Below, in pieces: positions 17,971 to 26,790 of a stretch of 64,000 nucleotides of DNA. Under the pieces are notes generated by a model. That model was not told the origin of the DNA. It saw only the letters and a program-made list of their open reading frames with translations, and searched no databases. Each line of letters begins with the position of its first letter. Positions within the stretch are counted from its first letter, which is position 1. A program made the position numbers and the translations under genes. This DNA comes from Bordetella parapertussis (GTDB taxonomy: Bacteria; Pseudomonadota; Gammaproteobacteria; Burkholderiales; Burkholderiaceae_B). The DNA is taken from NCBI GenBank assembly GCA_945862495.1, contig CAMAYM010000002.1, positions 5,631 to 69,630 of the forward strand, in the 5' to 3' direction.

Positions 17971-19431
17971 ATGAGCACACAGTTTGATTTGCTAATTAAA
18001 AATGCCACGGTAATCGATGGCACTGGTGCGGACCGATTTACTGGCGATATCGGGATTAACGGCGATCGTATTGCCAAAATCGGTGACCTTGCAGGCTGCA
18101 CAGGCACGCAGGAAATCGACTTAAAGGGTCAGGTCGCGGCGCCCGGATTTATTGATGCGCATACGCACGACGATCGGATGATGCTCTCGAGTCCCGAGAT
18201 GACGCCAAAGGTCAGCCAAGGCGTGACCACGATTATTGGCGGCAATTGTGGCGTTTCGCTCGCGCCGATGCCACGTCCGATTCCAGATCCTGTCACGCCT
18301 CCACTGAACTTGCTGGATGATGTGGGTCACTGGTTTAAATATCGCAGTTTTAAAGAATATTTGGATGCGTTGCGCGCCGAACCTTCAACGACCAATCGCG
18401 CCATGCTGGTGGGTCATACGACCTTGCGCGTTGCCACCATGGATGATTTGGAAAAGCCCGCGACACCTGCGCAGATTGCGCAGATGCGCGAGCTGGTGGT
18501 CGAGGCCATGCAGGCTGGTGCGATCGGTGTCTCGACAGGTTTATTTTACGAACCTGCGGTGGCTGCGCCGACAGAGGAAGTCATTGAAATTTGTCGGCCC
18601 TTAAAAGAGTTTAACGGCTTGTATTGCACGCACATGCGCGATGAAGCGGATGGCGTGATGGACTCGCTAGAAGAGACGTTTCGTATTGGTCGCGAAGTGG
18701 ATGTGCCGGTCGTGATTTCTCACCATAAGGTGATTGGTGCGAAAAACTATGGTCGCTCCGACGAGACGCTGGCGTTCATCCGCGAGAGTATGGCCAAGCA
18801 GCCGATCTGTCTGGATTGTTATCCCTACACGGCGGGCTCTACGGTGCTGTCGATGAGCCGGGCGATTACCTCTGCTCGCGTGATTGTGACGTGGTCGAAA
18901 ACCTTGCCTGAATATGCCGGTCAGGATCTGGATAAGATCGCCGAGAAAATGGGCGTCACGCAGGAAGAAGCGGTTGAGCGTCTGTTGCCTGCCGGCGCGA
19001 TCTATTTCCGTATGGATGAGGGCGATGTCCAAAAGATCATGCAGTTCGGCCCCACGATGATTGGTTCGGATGGTTTGCCACACGATGCCTCGCCGCATCC
19101 GCGCTTGTGGTCAACATTTCCCCGCGTACTCGGCCATTATCGGCGTAGCCTGGGTCTCTTTTCACTTGAGACGGCTGTGCACAAAATGACGGGATTGACG
19201 GCTGTGAACTTTGGTTTGACAGATCGTGGTGTATTGAAAGAAGGCGCGTATGCTGATCTGACTTTGTTTAACGAAGAAACCGTCGATGAAGTCGCGACCT
19301 ACGAAAATCCAATCGCCATGGCGCGCGGGATCAATACGGTGATTGTGAATGGTGCAGTTGTTTGGGATCAGGGCAAGGCCACTGGGGCGCGACCCGGTCG
19401 CGTGCTGTCTCGGCCATCAGCGGCGCACTGA
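17971..19431 (+). CDS. N-acyl-D-amino-acid deacylase (D-aminoacylase) family amidohydrolase
   Basis: The N-terminus (DLLIKNATVIDGTGADRFTGDIGINGDRIAKIG...APGFIDAHTHDD) and the 486-aa length match the D-aminoacylase family. Confidence 0.85.
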   Translation: MSTQFDLLIKNATVIDGTGADRFTGDIGINGDRIAKIGDLAGCTGTQEIDLKGQVAAPGFIDAHTHDDRMMLSSPEMTPKVSQGVTTIIGGNCGVSLAPMPRPIPDPVTPPLNLLDDVGHWFKYRSFKEYLDALRAEPSTTNRAMLVGHTTLRVATMDDLEKPATPAQIAQMRELVVEAMQAGAIGVSTGLFYEPAVAAPTEEVIEICRPLKEFNGLYCTHMRDEADGVMDSLEETFRIGREVDVPVVISHHKVIGAKNYGRSDETLAFIRESMAKQPICLDCYPYTAGSTVLSMSRAITSARVIVTWSKTLPEYAGQDLDKIAEKMGVTQEEAVERLLPAGAIYFRMDEGDVQKIMQFGPTMIGSDGLPHDASPHPRLWSTFPRVLGHYRRSLGLFSLETAVHKMTGLTAVNFGLTDRGVLKEGAYADLTLFNEETVDEVATYENPIAMARGINTVIVNGAVVWDQGKATGARPGRVLSRPSAAH

Positions 19432-19492
19432 GCGTCTCTTTCTGACGCATCCCTTACCAGTCCATTCATAGACATACTTCAGGACGCAACGC

Positions 19493-20584
19493 ATGACCAC
19501 GCATTTACCGACACTCGATCAGGCGCAACTTTCAAGGGCCATCAGCCTGCTGGATGAGGAGTGGTTGCAGCACGATCCTGATCTGGGTCCTGTGCTGCCC
19601 TTGGTGCTCGGACGCGGTGTCGGCCAGGATTGGCATAAGGCCGGTACCTTTCGGCATCACCTGATTGGTGTAGCACGGACCTTGACCCTATGGCAGCAAC
19701 CCAAGCATGTCCGCCATCTGGGGCTCTTGCACAGCGTGTATGGAAACGCACACGTTGATTTGATGAAGTTTGATCCTAAAAGCGAACGTGGTCGTCTGCA
19801 AGAAGCGGTCGGTGAGGATGCGGAGCGTTTAATTTATTTGTTTTGTGTGATGTCGCGCATTGAATTTTTGGGTGAACTGTTCAAAGGGAACTTGAAGGAC
19901 GATGGCAGTTTGACCATCACGCTTCAAGGCGCGCCTTTTGTGCTGCCTGCCCGAGATGTGGCAGCATTCATTATCGTGAGCATGGCCGATATTTGCGAGC
20001 AGTGGTATAGCTGGCAAGATGATATTTACATGGGCTACCCTGATTACAAAGCCCAACCTGCTCAACAGCATTGGGCCGCTGCGCTGTGGCCAGGCCCGAT
20101 GCGTCCCACGACGTATCGCTGGGGCCAGATTTCTCGCCTGGGCCATTTTCTGCAACACCCTGCTTTAAAAGATCAACTGCCACAGCCTCCTGTGTTTGAT
20201 CATGGCCGTCAAGTGATGGCGCCTGGCGATGAAGCGGCTGCAGCGGCATTGTATTGGTCTGTCATGCAGCAAAGTCAGCCACTCATGTCCTCCGCCGCCA
20301 CTGCAGCAGTGTTGGAGCAAGCGATCAAACTGAATCCCTGGGTCGCGGAACCCTATATGGTGTTGTCGCAATTGCATCTGACGGAACGTAACTTTGACTT
20401 GGGTCGTCAGTATGCCGAGGCGGGTGTGCAAATGGCGGCATGCTGGGGTAATGCTTGGGATAAGCGTATCGGTTGGGATGGTTGGATGTCTTGGGGACGC
20501 GTGTTGTTACAGTCCGCACAAAAACGTCAGTGGCCGGATACACTCAATAAGCTCAATAACGTTGCGCTGACACCAGAGCTTTAA
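19493..20584 (+). CDS. hypothetical protein (possible DUF6817/HD-like N-terminal region plus TPR-like C-terminal region)
   Basis: A 363-aa ORF. Its N-terminal H..G......LGLLHSVYG pattern resembles HD-like DUF6817 proteins (tentative). The C-terminal helical repeat region contains LNPWVAEPYMVLSQLHL. Confidence 0.5.
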   Translation: MTTHLPTLDQAQLSRAISLLDEEWLQHDPDLGPVLPLVLGRGVGQDWHKAGTFRHHLIGVARTLTLWQQPKHVRHLGLLHSVYGNAHVDLMKFDPKSERGRLQEAVGEDAERLIYLFCVMSRIEFLGELFKGNLKDDGSLTITLQGAPFVLPARDVAAFIIVSMADICEQWYSWQDDIYMGYPDYKAQPAQQHWAAALWPGPMRPTTYRWGQISRLGHFLQHPALKDQLPQPPVFDHGRQVMAPGDEAAAAALYWSVMQQSQPLMSSAATAAVLEQAIKLNPWVAEPYMVLSQLHLTERNFDLGRQYAEAGVQMAACWGNAWDKRIGWDGWMSWGRVLLQSAQKRQWPDTLNKLNNVALTPEL

Positions 20585-21439
20585 TTAAAGCGTAACGATT
20601 TGTGCAGCGCCATTCATGATGGGCTTGCACAAAATTTTGTAGCTATCACTATCAAAGCCGGGCGCTGTATGGTGCAACGTCCGCGCCTCTTCGATTGTTG
20701 CCACACTGCCTAGATAAAACCAGTTGTTGACAACGTGGATCTGTGTCTCCGTTTCCAAGGTTTCGATCAAGCCGATTGCGCCTGGATAGGGCCAGCAGAT
20801 CAGACGCTGATGTGACAAGCTTTCCACTAATCGTGCACGATGTGCCTCATGGGTTTCTTGACCATGACAGGCGCCCGCACAGCGATTGAGCATCGCCCGA
20901 AAACAAGGTCGATCGCCAGAGCGTTTTTCAAGCCCCAGCACACTCAAGCAAAGCCGTTGCTCATCGGCAATATTTTTGAGTGCTTCAAGCGCTGAATGAC
21001 GACTGGCATATAAGCCATACAAATCAGGCGTGTTGGAAAAATCGATTTGATTGGAATACACCACTTCGGGTTTTTCGCTCTCGATTCGGAGTGAACACAT
21101 CTGTCGACTACGCCGTAACTTATGATTAAAGAGCGGTTGCTGCTCTTTGATCAATCTTGCTTCGAGTAGCAGCGCACCGATTTCACCCGTTGTACGGATG
21201 TAGGTGATTTTCTCGGTTTGTTTGAGCATGCGCGCTTCATCTGCGGTCCGGAGGTGAGACATGACGCGAGAGCGGATATTGACGCTTTTTCCAATGTATA
21301 GAGGCAGATCTCCCGACACACCATGAAAAATATAGACCCCTGGGGTCGTGGGCAGGTCAACAATGCTGTCACGTAAGTGTGTGGGGTATTCGTAGCCATG
21401 CGTGGCATCGAAGTCTGCGCGTCGTACGACACGTTTCAT
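20585..21439 (-). CDS. cho: excinuclease Cho (UvrC N-terminal homolog, GIY-YIG nuclease)
   Basis: Collinear with E. coli Cho as I recall it: YEYPTHLRD..DLPT.PGVY.FHG....LPLYIGKSVNIRSRV.SHLRT.DEA.ML.Q, GEIGALLLEARLIKEQQPLFN, CAGAC and GFD.D.YKILCKP. The ATG is at 21439 (GTG 21451 is an alternative). Confidence 0.85.
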   Translation of the reverse strand: MKRVVRRADFDATHGYEYPTHLRDSIVDLPTTPGVYIFHGVSGDLPLYIGKSVNIRSRVMSHLRTADEARMLKQTEKITYIRTTGEIGALLLEARLIKEQQPLFNHKLRRSRQMCSLRIESEKPEVVYSNQIDFSNTPDLYGLYASRHSALEALKNIADEQRLCLSVLGLEKRSGDRPCFRAMLNRCAGACHGQETHEAHRARLVESLSHQRLICWPYPGAIGLIETLETETQIHVVNNWFYLGSVATIEEARTLHHTAPGFDSDSYKILCKPIMNGAAQIVTL

Positions 21440-21453
21440 AACTGAGCGCACAC

Positions 21454-23064
21454 TTAAGCGGACACGTAGCGGAGTGCTAACGCCTCTGCGACACGGATGC
21501 CATCGACACCTGCGGACAAGATGCCCCCTGCATACCCCGCGCCTTCACCTGCGGGATACAGACCTTTGACATTGAGACTTTGAAAGTCTGCGCCACGTGT
21601 AATTCGTAAGGGGGAGGACGTCCGAGTCTCGACACCCGTCAAGATGGCATCGTGCATTGAAAACCCTTTGATTTTTTTTTCAAACGCGGGAATCGCTTCG
21701 CGAATCGCTTGGATGGCGTAGTCTGGCAGACTCGTCGCTAAGTCTGTCAGGTGAACACCTGGCTTGTAGGACGGTGTCACGCTACCGAGTTCAGTGGACG
21801 CGCGACCCATTAAAAAGTCACCCACGAGTTGGCCAGGGGCTTCGTAGGTGCTGCCGCCTAAGACATAGGCATGCGATTCAATCTGCCGTTGAAAATCAAG
21901 ACCCGCCAAGGGGCCGCCTGGATAATCTTCGGGGGTGATGCCAACCACGATGCCCGCATTGGCGTTGCGTTCATTGCGTGAATATTGACTCATCCCATTG
22001 GTGACAACACGATGGGTCTCAGAAGTCGCTGCGACCACGGTACCGCCCGGGCACATGCAGAAGCTGTAGACTGCTCGACCATTGCTGGCATGATGCACAA
22101 GCTTGTAGTCCGCAGCGCCGATCAGCGTGTTGCCTGCGTAGGGTCCGAGGCGCGCGAGATCAATCAAAGATTGTGGATGCTCGATCCGAAAGCCGACTGA
22201 AAATGGTTTGGCTTCCATAAAGACACCCGCATCATGCAATACCTTAAAGGTATCTCGCGCGCTGTGTCCCAGTGCGATAATCACATGATCAGCTGCCAAT
22301 ACCTCACCGCTTTCGAGTTGCACAGCACGCATTTGTTGATGCTCGATTTCGAAACCCACAACCTTTTGTGAAAAACGAATCTCGCCGCCAAGCGCGATAA
22401 TTTCTTCGCGCATTTTTTCAACCACACCGACCAGACGAAAGGTACCGATATGCGGTTTGGCGACGTACAGGATTTCTTCGGGTGCACCTGCTTTGACAAA
22501 CTCTCGGATGACTTTGCGACCGTAAAACTTTGGGTCTTTAATCTGGCTCCAGAGCTTGCCGTCAGAGAACGTCCCGGCTCCGCCTTCGCCAAACTGCACG
22601 TTTGATTCGGGATTGAGTATATTTTTACGCCAGAGTTTCCAAGTGTCCTGCGTACGCTCGCGCACCGCTTTGCCGCGTTCCAGCACAATCGGTTTTAAGC
22701 CCATCTGTGCCAACAAGAGCGCAGCAAAAATCCCACAGGGACCAAAACCGATCACAACAGGGCGTGGATGAGCTTGCTTGGTGTCATGGTAAGGGGGCGC
22801 AACGAATTTGTATTCCGTGTCCGGCGTCGGTCGAATGTCCGGATCATCCTTGAATTTTTTTAAAAGCGCCTCGGGCTCAGTGACCTCAACATCGACGGTG
22901 TAGATAAACGTTAGTGCACTTTTTTTACGTGCATCGTAGCTGCGCTTAAATATCTCAAAGGACAGTAACTGGGCAGGCGTGATGGCGAGCCGCTCAATAA
23001 TAGCGGCGCGTAAGGCGTCCTCGGCGTGCTCAAGCGGTAGGCGTAAATCGGTAATGTGGATCAT
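21454..23064 (-). CDS. FAD-dependent oxidoreductase (COG2509-type NAD(FAD)-utilizing dehydrogenase)
   Basis: A dinucleotide-binding motif (VVIGFGPCGIFAALLLAQ), a ~536-aa length, and a C-terminal GLYPAGEGAGYAGGI motif. Confidence 0.8.
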   Translation of the reverse strand: MIHITDLRLPLEHAEDALRAAIIERLAITPAQLLSFEIFKRSYDARKKSALTFIYTVDVEVTEPEALLKKFKDDPDIRPTPDTEYKFVAPPYHDTKQAHPRPVVIGFGPCGIFAALLLAQMGLKPIVLERGKAVRERTQDTWKLWRKNILNPESNVQFGEGGAGTFSDGKLWSQIKDPKFYGRKVIREFVKAGAPEEILYVAKPHIGTFRLVGVVEKMREEIIALGGEIRFSQKVVGFEIEHQQMRAVQLESGEVLAADHVIIALGHSARDTFKVLHDAGVFMEAKPFSVGFRIEHPQSLIDLARLGPYAGNTLIGAADYKLVHHASNGRAVYSFCMCPGGTVVAATSETHRVVTNGMSQYSRNERNANAGIVVGITPEDYPGGPLAGLDFQRQIESHAYVLGGSTYEAPGQLVGDFLMGRASTELGSVTPSYKPGVHLTDLATSLPDYAIQAIREAIPAFEKKIKGFSMHDAILTGVETRTSSPLRITRGADFQSLNVKGLYPAGEGAGYAGGILSAGVDGIRVAEALALRYVSA

Positions 23065-23120
23065 AGGCTGAACGATACACAAAATTTGGCATGACGGGCA
23101 TGAACACCCCTGCTTGGGCG

Positions 23121-23903
23121 TCAGAGCTGGACGGAGACGGACCCAATCCCGTCAAACTGGGCAACGACGAGATCGCCGCCCCGGGCGGCTGGAACGCCCG
23201 ACCAACTCCCTGTGGTCACAATCGCACCTGAGGGTAGGGTTTGACCGCCTGCTGTGGCATGTTGGACCCAAGAGGGAATGACCCAGCGAGGATCTTGCAT
23301 CGAGTGGGTGCCGACAAATTCCAAAGGCATTTGTTCGCCAATTTTGACCGTGCAGCGTTGTTTAGACCAATCGCGGCGTGCTTCTTGCTCGCCATAGGGT
23401 TGCCATTGTCCCACGACCAGTACGCCATGGGATTGCATATCTGCGAGCTTTAAAAGTGCTGCGGTCTCGTTGCCCTGTTGCCAGCGCGAGTCGACCACCT
23501 CAATGGTGACGGTAAAGGCCTCAATCAGCGAATGACCTTGTTCTTGGGTCATGTTGACTGCCTCCGCAGGTGTGACAGCGTGTTTGGTTTTAAACCCAAT
23601 CTCGATTTCGATCAGCCGCAGATTAAAAGGGTGTGCACCGGCTTGGGCGGGACTTTTCCAAATACCCGAATCCAACAAAGGGGTATTTAAAATCTCACCC
23701 GTACGCGAGGGGCCACCTGATTTCCAGTGGCGTGAAATCGGCGTCTGCTGGGGGGCGAGCGTGGCGAGCACGATATCCTGAACGGCTAAGGCCTCGGCTG
23801 TGCTCTGGAGCTGCCCGTCAAACGGAGTCGCGTCTGCGGGTGTCTGGTTACTGCGAGCCGTCAACAAGGTTTGGGCAATGGCATCAATCTGTGGGTTTGT
23901 CAT
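23121..23903 (-). CDS. 2-keto-4-pentenoate hydratase-like protein (FAH superfamily, MhpD/XylJ type)
   Basis: A 260-aa protein. The N-terminal helical region (IDAIAQTLLTAR) and the C-terminal G..V.TGS...V pattern resemble hydratase/decarboxylase family members. Confidence 0.6.
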   Translation of the reverse strand: MTNPQIDAIAQTLLTARSNQTPADATPFDGQLQSTAEALAVQDIVLATLAPQQTPISRHWKSGGPSRTGEILNTPLLDSGIWKSPAQAGAHPFNLRLIEIEIGFKTKHAVTPAEAVNMTQEQGHSLIEAFTVTIEVVDSRWQQGNETAALLKLADMQSHGVLVVGQWQPYGEQEARRDWSKQRCTVKIGEQMPLEFVGTHSMQDPRWVIPSWVQHATAGGQTLPSGAIVTTGSWSGVPAARGGDLVVAQFDGIGSVSVQL

Positions 23904-23991
23904 GAAATTTCACTAATGAGTGGGTAATCAAGGATAATCCAGTTCTTCCCATCGTGGCGCGCGAGCGTCAACATGCACTTTAAGATGACTT

Positions 23992-24528
23992 ATGGCCCTG
24001 CGCGCGACGATTTACAAAGCTGAACTCAATGTAGCGGACTCTGACCGCCACTATTATGAGAGTCACGCCCTGACGCTGGCGCGTCATCCCTCCGAAACAG
24101 ACGAAAGGATGATGGTCCGCCTCTTGGCGTTCGCTTTGAATGCCCACGAGGATCTGGTGTTTACCAAAGGTATCAGCGATGCCGATGAGCCGGACCTATG
24201 GCGCAAAGACTTGACGGGTGCAATCGATCTCTGGATCGAGGTGGGGCAGCCCGATGAGCGACGCATTTTAAAGGCGTGCGGACGAGCCACTGAGGTCGTG
24301 ATTTATTGCTATGGTGGTCACACCAGCAAAATCTGGTGGGAATCCATTCAAAACAAACTGGCGCGTACGCGTAACCTTAAAGTCGTGTGTCTGCCCTCTG
24401 AACAAACTAAAACGCTCGCCGCCTGGGCCGCGCGCACGATGACCGTGCACGTCAATATCCAGGACAGCGAGCTCTTTGTTTCCTCAGAAAAAGGTCAGTT
24501 CACGCTCGAGCAGCAGATCTGGCGCTAG
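23992..24528 (+). CDS. yaeQ: YaeQ family protein (PD-(D/E)XK-like fold)
   Basis: The N-terminus MALRATIYKAELNVADSDRHYYESHALTLARHPSETDERMMVRLLAFAL is characteristic of YaeQ. The protein is 178 aa. Confidence 0.85.
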   Translation: MALRATIYKAELNVADSDRHYYESHALTLARHPSETDERMMVRLLAFALNAHEDLVFTKGISDADEPDLWRKDLTGAIDLWIEVGQPDERRILKACGRATEVVIYCYGGHTSKIWWESIQNKLARTRNLKVVCLPSEQTKTLAAWAARTMTVHVNIQDSELFVSSEKGQFTLEQQIWR

Positions 24529-24546
24529 ATCAGTCGTTGAACCTGC

Positions 24547-25266
24547 TCAAACGCCCATCTGGGTCGCGAGATCGCGAATATCCTTGGCGACGATATCCCA
24601 GTCATGGGCGGCAACCAGATTGGTTTTCTGGTCAGGGCCATGTTCAGTTGGACGCGGCCAAAACGCTGTTTTGAGCCCCACATTGCGCGCCGCCAACAGA
24701 TCATCATTGTGCGCGGCACACATCATGACTTCGCCGGGCTCAAGTTGCAAGGCAGCACATACGCCTAAGTAGGATTGTGGCTGCGGCTTGTAGGCGTGAA
24801 AGACTTCGGTGGAGAGATTCAGATCCCAGGGTAGGCCGGTGTACTTGGCGATATCGGTCAGCAAGGAGATATTGCCGTTGGATAAGGGGGCAATGATGTA
24901 CTTGCTTTTGAGACGCGTCAGGCCACCCACTGCGTCTGGCCAACCATCTAGCCGGTGCCAGACTTTGTTGACATGCACGCGCTGTGCTTCGGTCATCGCA
25001 TCGAGGCCAAATTCCTTGATCAGGATTTCGAGGGATTCGCGGTGCAACACATCTAGGATGGTCCAGGGACGTTTGCCGCTGCGCACAGCTTCCATCGAAG
25101 GTTGGTACATACCGCGCCATTTGACAGCAAAGGCGGTCCAGTCGGCCTCAAAGCCGTTTTCTTGTCCCCAGCGCGTCAGGTCGCGCGTGATACTGCCGCG
25201 CCAGTCGACCACGGAGCCGAAGGTATCGAACACCATGGCTTTGACGGTTGTTGTTAGTGATGACAT
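24547..25266 (-). CDS. haloacid dehalogenase type II-like HAD hydrolase
   Basis: HAD motif I is present (MVFDTFGSVVDW), along with downstream S/T and K/D motifs. The protein is 239 aa. Confidence 0.7.
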   Translation of the reverse strand: MSSLTTTVKAMVFDTFGSVVDWRGSITRDLTRWGQENGFEADWTAFAVKWRGMYQPSMEAVRSGKRPWTILDVLHRESLEILIKEFGLDAMTEAQRVHVNKVWHRLDGWPDAVGGLTRLKSKYIIAPLSNGNISLLTDIAKYTGLPWDLNLSTEVFHAYKPQPQSYLGVCAALQLEPGEVMMCAAHNDDLLAARNVGLKTAFWPRPTEHGPDQKTNLVAAHDWDIVAKDIRDLATQMGV

Positions 25267-25282
25267 GGCATGTGCTCCCTGA

Positions 25283-26056
25283 TTACATCACTGCGGATAA
25301 ACCACCATCCAGATTGACACTGCTGCCGGTGACATAGCTACCGCCTTCAGACGCGAGGAAGGTGACGACGTTGGCAACTTCTTCGGCACGACCCACACGA
25401 CCTAAGGGAATGTTTTTACCCATTGTCTCGTACATCTGTTCAACAGGCACGCCTGCTTTTTCAGCCTTGCGCTCATGCTGTCCGGCTTTGATCAGGCCGA
25501 TACAGACGCTGTTGACCAAGATGTTGTTGGGGGCGAATTCTTTCGACAAGGCCTTGGTCATTGCGAGACCTGCTGCACGTGTGACCGTGGTGGGCATAGA
25601 TTTTTCTTTGGGCTGCTTGGCACCGATATTAGTCACGTTGATGATGCGACCCCAGTTGTTCTTTTTCATTTCTGGGATGGCCAAGCGTGTCAGGCGAATC
25701 GCGGCAAACAACTTCAAATCAAAGTCAGCTTGCCACTTTTCATCCGTGACAGACTCAAACTCGCCTGTGGCGGATGTGCCGGCGTTGTTAATCAAAATAT
25801 CTAAACGCCCGTGTGTCTTGAGGATTTCTTGGACAAGGCGTGTGCACTCTGCGTCTTGTGAAACATCTGCCGCAATGGTCGTCACTTTGCCACCGGCCGC
25901 GCGAATCTCTGCTGCGACTTCGTCCAGCAATGCTTGGCCGCGGGCGGCGATGACAACAGTTGCGCCTTCCTGGGCGAATTTCATGGCAACCGCTTTACCG
26001 ATGCCTTGTGAGCCGCCTGTGACCAATGCGACGCGATTGTTAAGTTGTAAGTCCAT
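25283..26056 (-). CDS. short-chain dehydrogenase/reductase (SDR)
   Basis: VALVTGGSQGIGKA (TGxxxGxG), NNAG, and a 257-aa length. Confidence 0.9.
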   Translation of the reverse strand: MDLQLNNRVALVTGGSQGIGKAVAMKFAQEGATVVIAARGQALLDEVAAEIRAAGGKVTTIAADVSQDAECTRLVQEILKTHGRLDILINNAGTSATGEFESVTDEKWQADFDLKLFAAIRLTRLAIPEMKKNNWGRIINVTNIGAKQPKEKSMPTTVTRAAGLAMTKALSKEFAPNNILVNSVCIGLIKAGQHERKAEKAGVPVEQMYETMGKNIPLGRVGRAEEVANVVTFLASEGGSYVTGSSVNLDGGLSAVM

Positions 26057-26127
26057 GCGATGTCTCCGTCCTGAATGACTCGAAATCTTAGCGATCGAGT
26101 TGTTGTGAAATAAATAATGCGGTTGAT

Positions 26128-26790
26128 TTAATTTTTATCGTCGGTTTCTGCCGCGATCTGACGCAAAGCCTGCTCAAACGCCTCGGGCGGTTGCGCACCC
26201 TGCAACAGATAATGATCATTGATGATAATCGAGGGCACAGAATGAATCCCCATGCTGGTGTATTTTTCCTGCTGCGCGCGCACTTCGGTTTTAAATTCTT
26301 CACTGTCCAAAATCTTTTGGGCACGCGCGGTATCGAGCCCTGCGCGTTCAACCGCAGCAACCAGATTGCTCTTGTCGTCTAGATCAACGGCGAGGGTAAA
26401 GTAGGTGATCAACAACGCGCGCTTGAGGCGATGTTGTGCCGCGGGGTCGTATTCGAGTCCAGCCCAATAAATCAGTCGGTGCGCATCAAAGGTGTTGTAG
26501 ACATGCTTGCGACCCTCCGGGTGAAAGGGAAAACCGACCTCGGCTGCGCGCGCTTTAATGCTCTCTTGGGTGACACGAACTTGGGCCTCTGTTTTGCCGT
26601 ATTTTTCCGTTAGGTGTTCAAACACTTCCTGGCCACCTGGTGGCATCTGTGGATTGAGCTCGAACGGTTGGAAATGAATTTCCACCGGGATACTGTCCCC
26701 AATATTTTTAAGCGCGATTTCAAGGCCGCCGAGTCCGACCGCGCACCAAGGGCACGCGATATCCGAAACGTAGTCAATTTTGATTACCAT
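26128..26790 (-). CDS. DsbA-family thiol oxidoreductase (FrnE-like)
   Basis: A CPWC active site (YVSDIACPWCAVG) and a 220-aa length. The start overlaps the amt stop by 7 nt. Confidence 0.85.
   Translation of the reverse strand: MVIKIDYVSDIACPWCAVGLGGLEIALKNIGDSIPVEIHFQPFELNPQMPPGGQEVFEHLTEKYGKTEAQVRVTQESIKARAAEVGFPFHPEGRKHVYNTFDAHRLIYWAGLEYDPAAQHRLKRALLITYFTLAVDLDDKSNLVAAVERAGLDTARAQKILDSEEFKTEVRAQQEKYTSMGIHSVPSIIINDHYLLQGAQPPEAFEQALRQIAAETDDKN

Noticed and set aside
21672-21680. An A9 (T9 on the plus strand) run inside the FAD oxidoreductase gene, and a 7-nt G/C run in amgK (58094-58100).
   Set aside because: A/T runs of this size encoding Lys-Lys are common, and the 7-mer is short. Neither gene belongs to a class known for contingency switching. 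Both are noted only as possible sequencing-error hot spots.
23904-23991. A LexA (CTGT-N8-ACAG) box upstream of the hydratase/FAD/cho array.
   Set aside because: No match was seen here, or in 23065-23120 or 21440-21520, by eye. A matrix scan could still find a degenerate site.
20585-24528. A possible nuclease-based defence island (GIY-YIG Cho plus PD-(D/E)XK-like YaeQ).
   Set aside because: Cho is collinear with the housekeeping E. coli excinuclease. YaeQ is on the opposite strand, separated by two metabolic genes. No ATPase, methylase, helicase or toxin-like partner is present.
25362-26078. A 238-aa plus-strand ORF.
   Set aside because: It lies entirely antisense to a well-supported SDR gene. 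It has low-complexity Ala/Arg/Ser/Pro-rich composition and no motif, so it is a typical shadow ORF.
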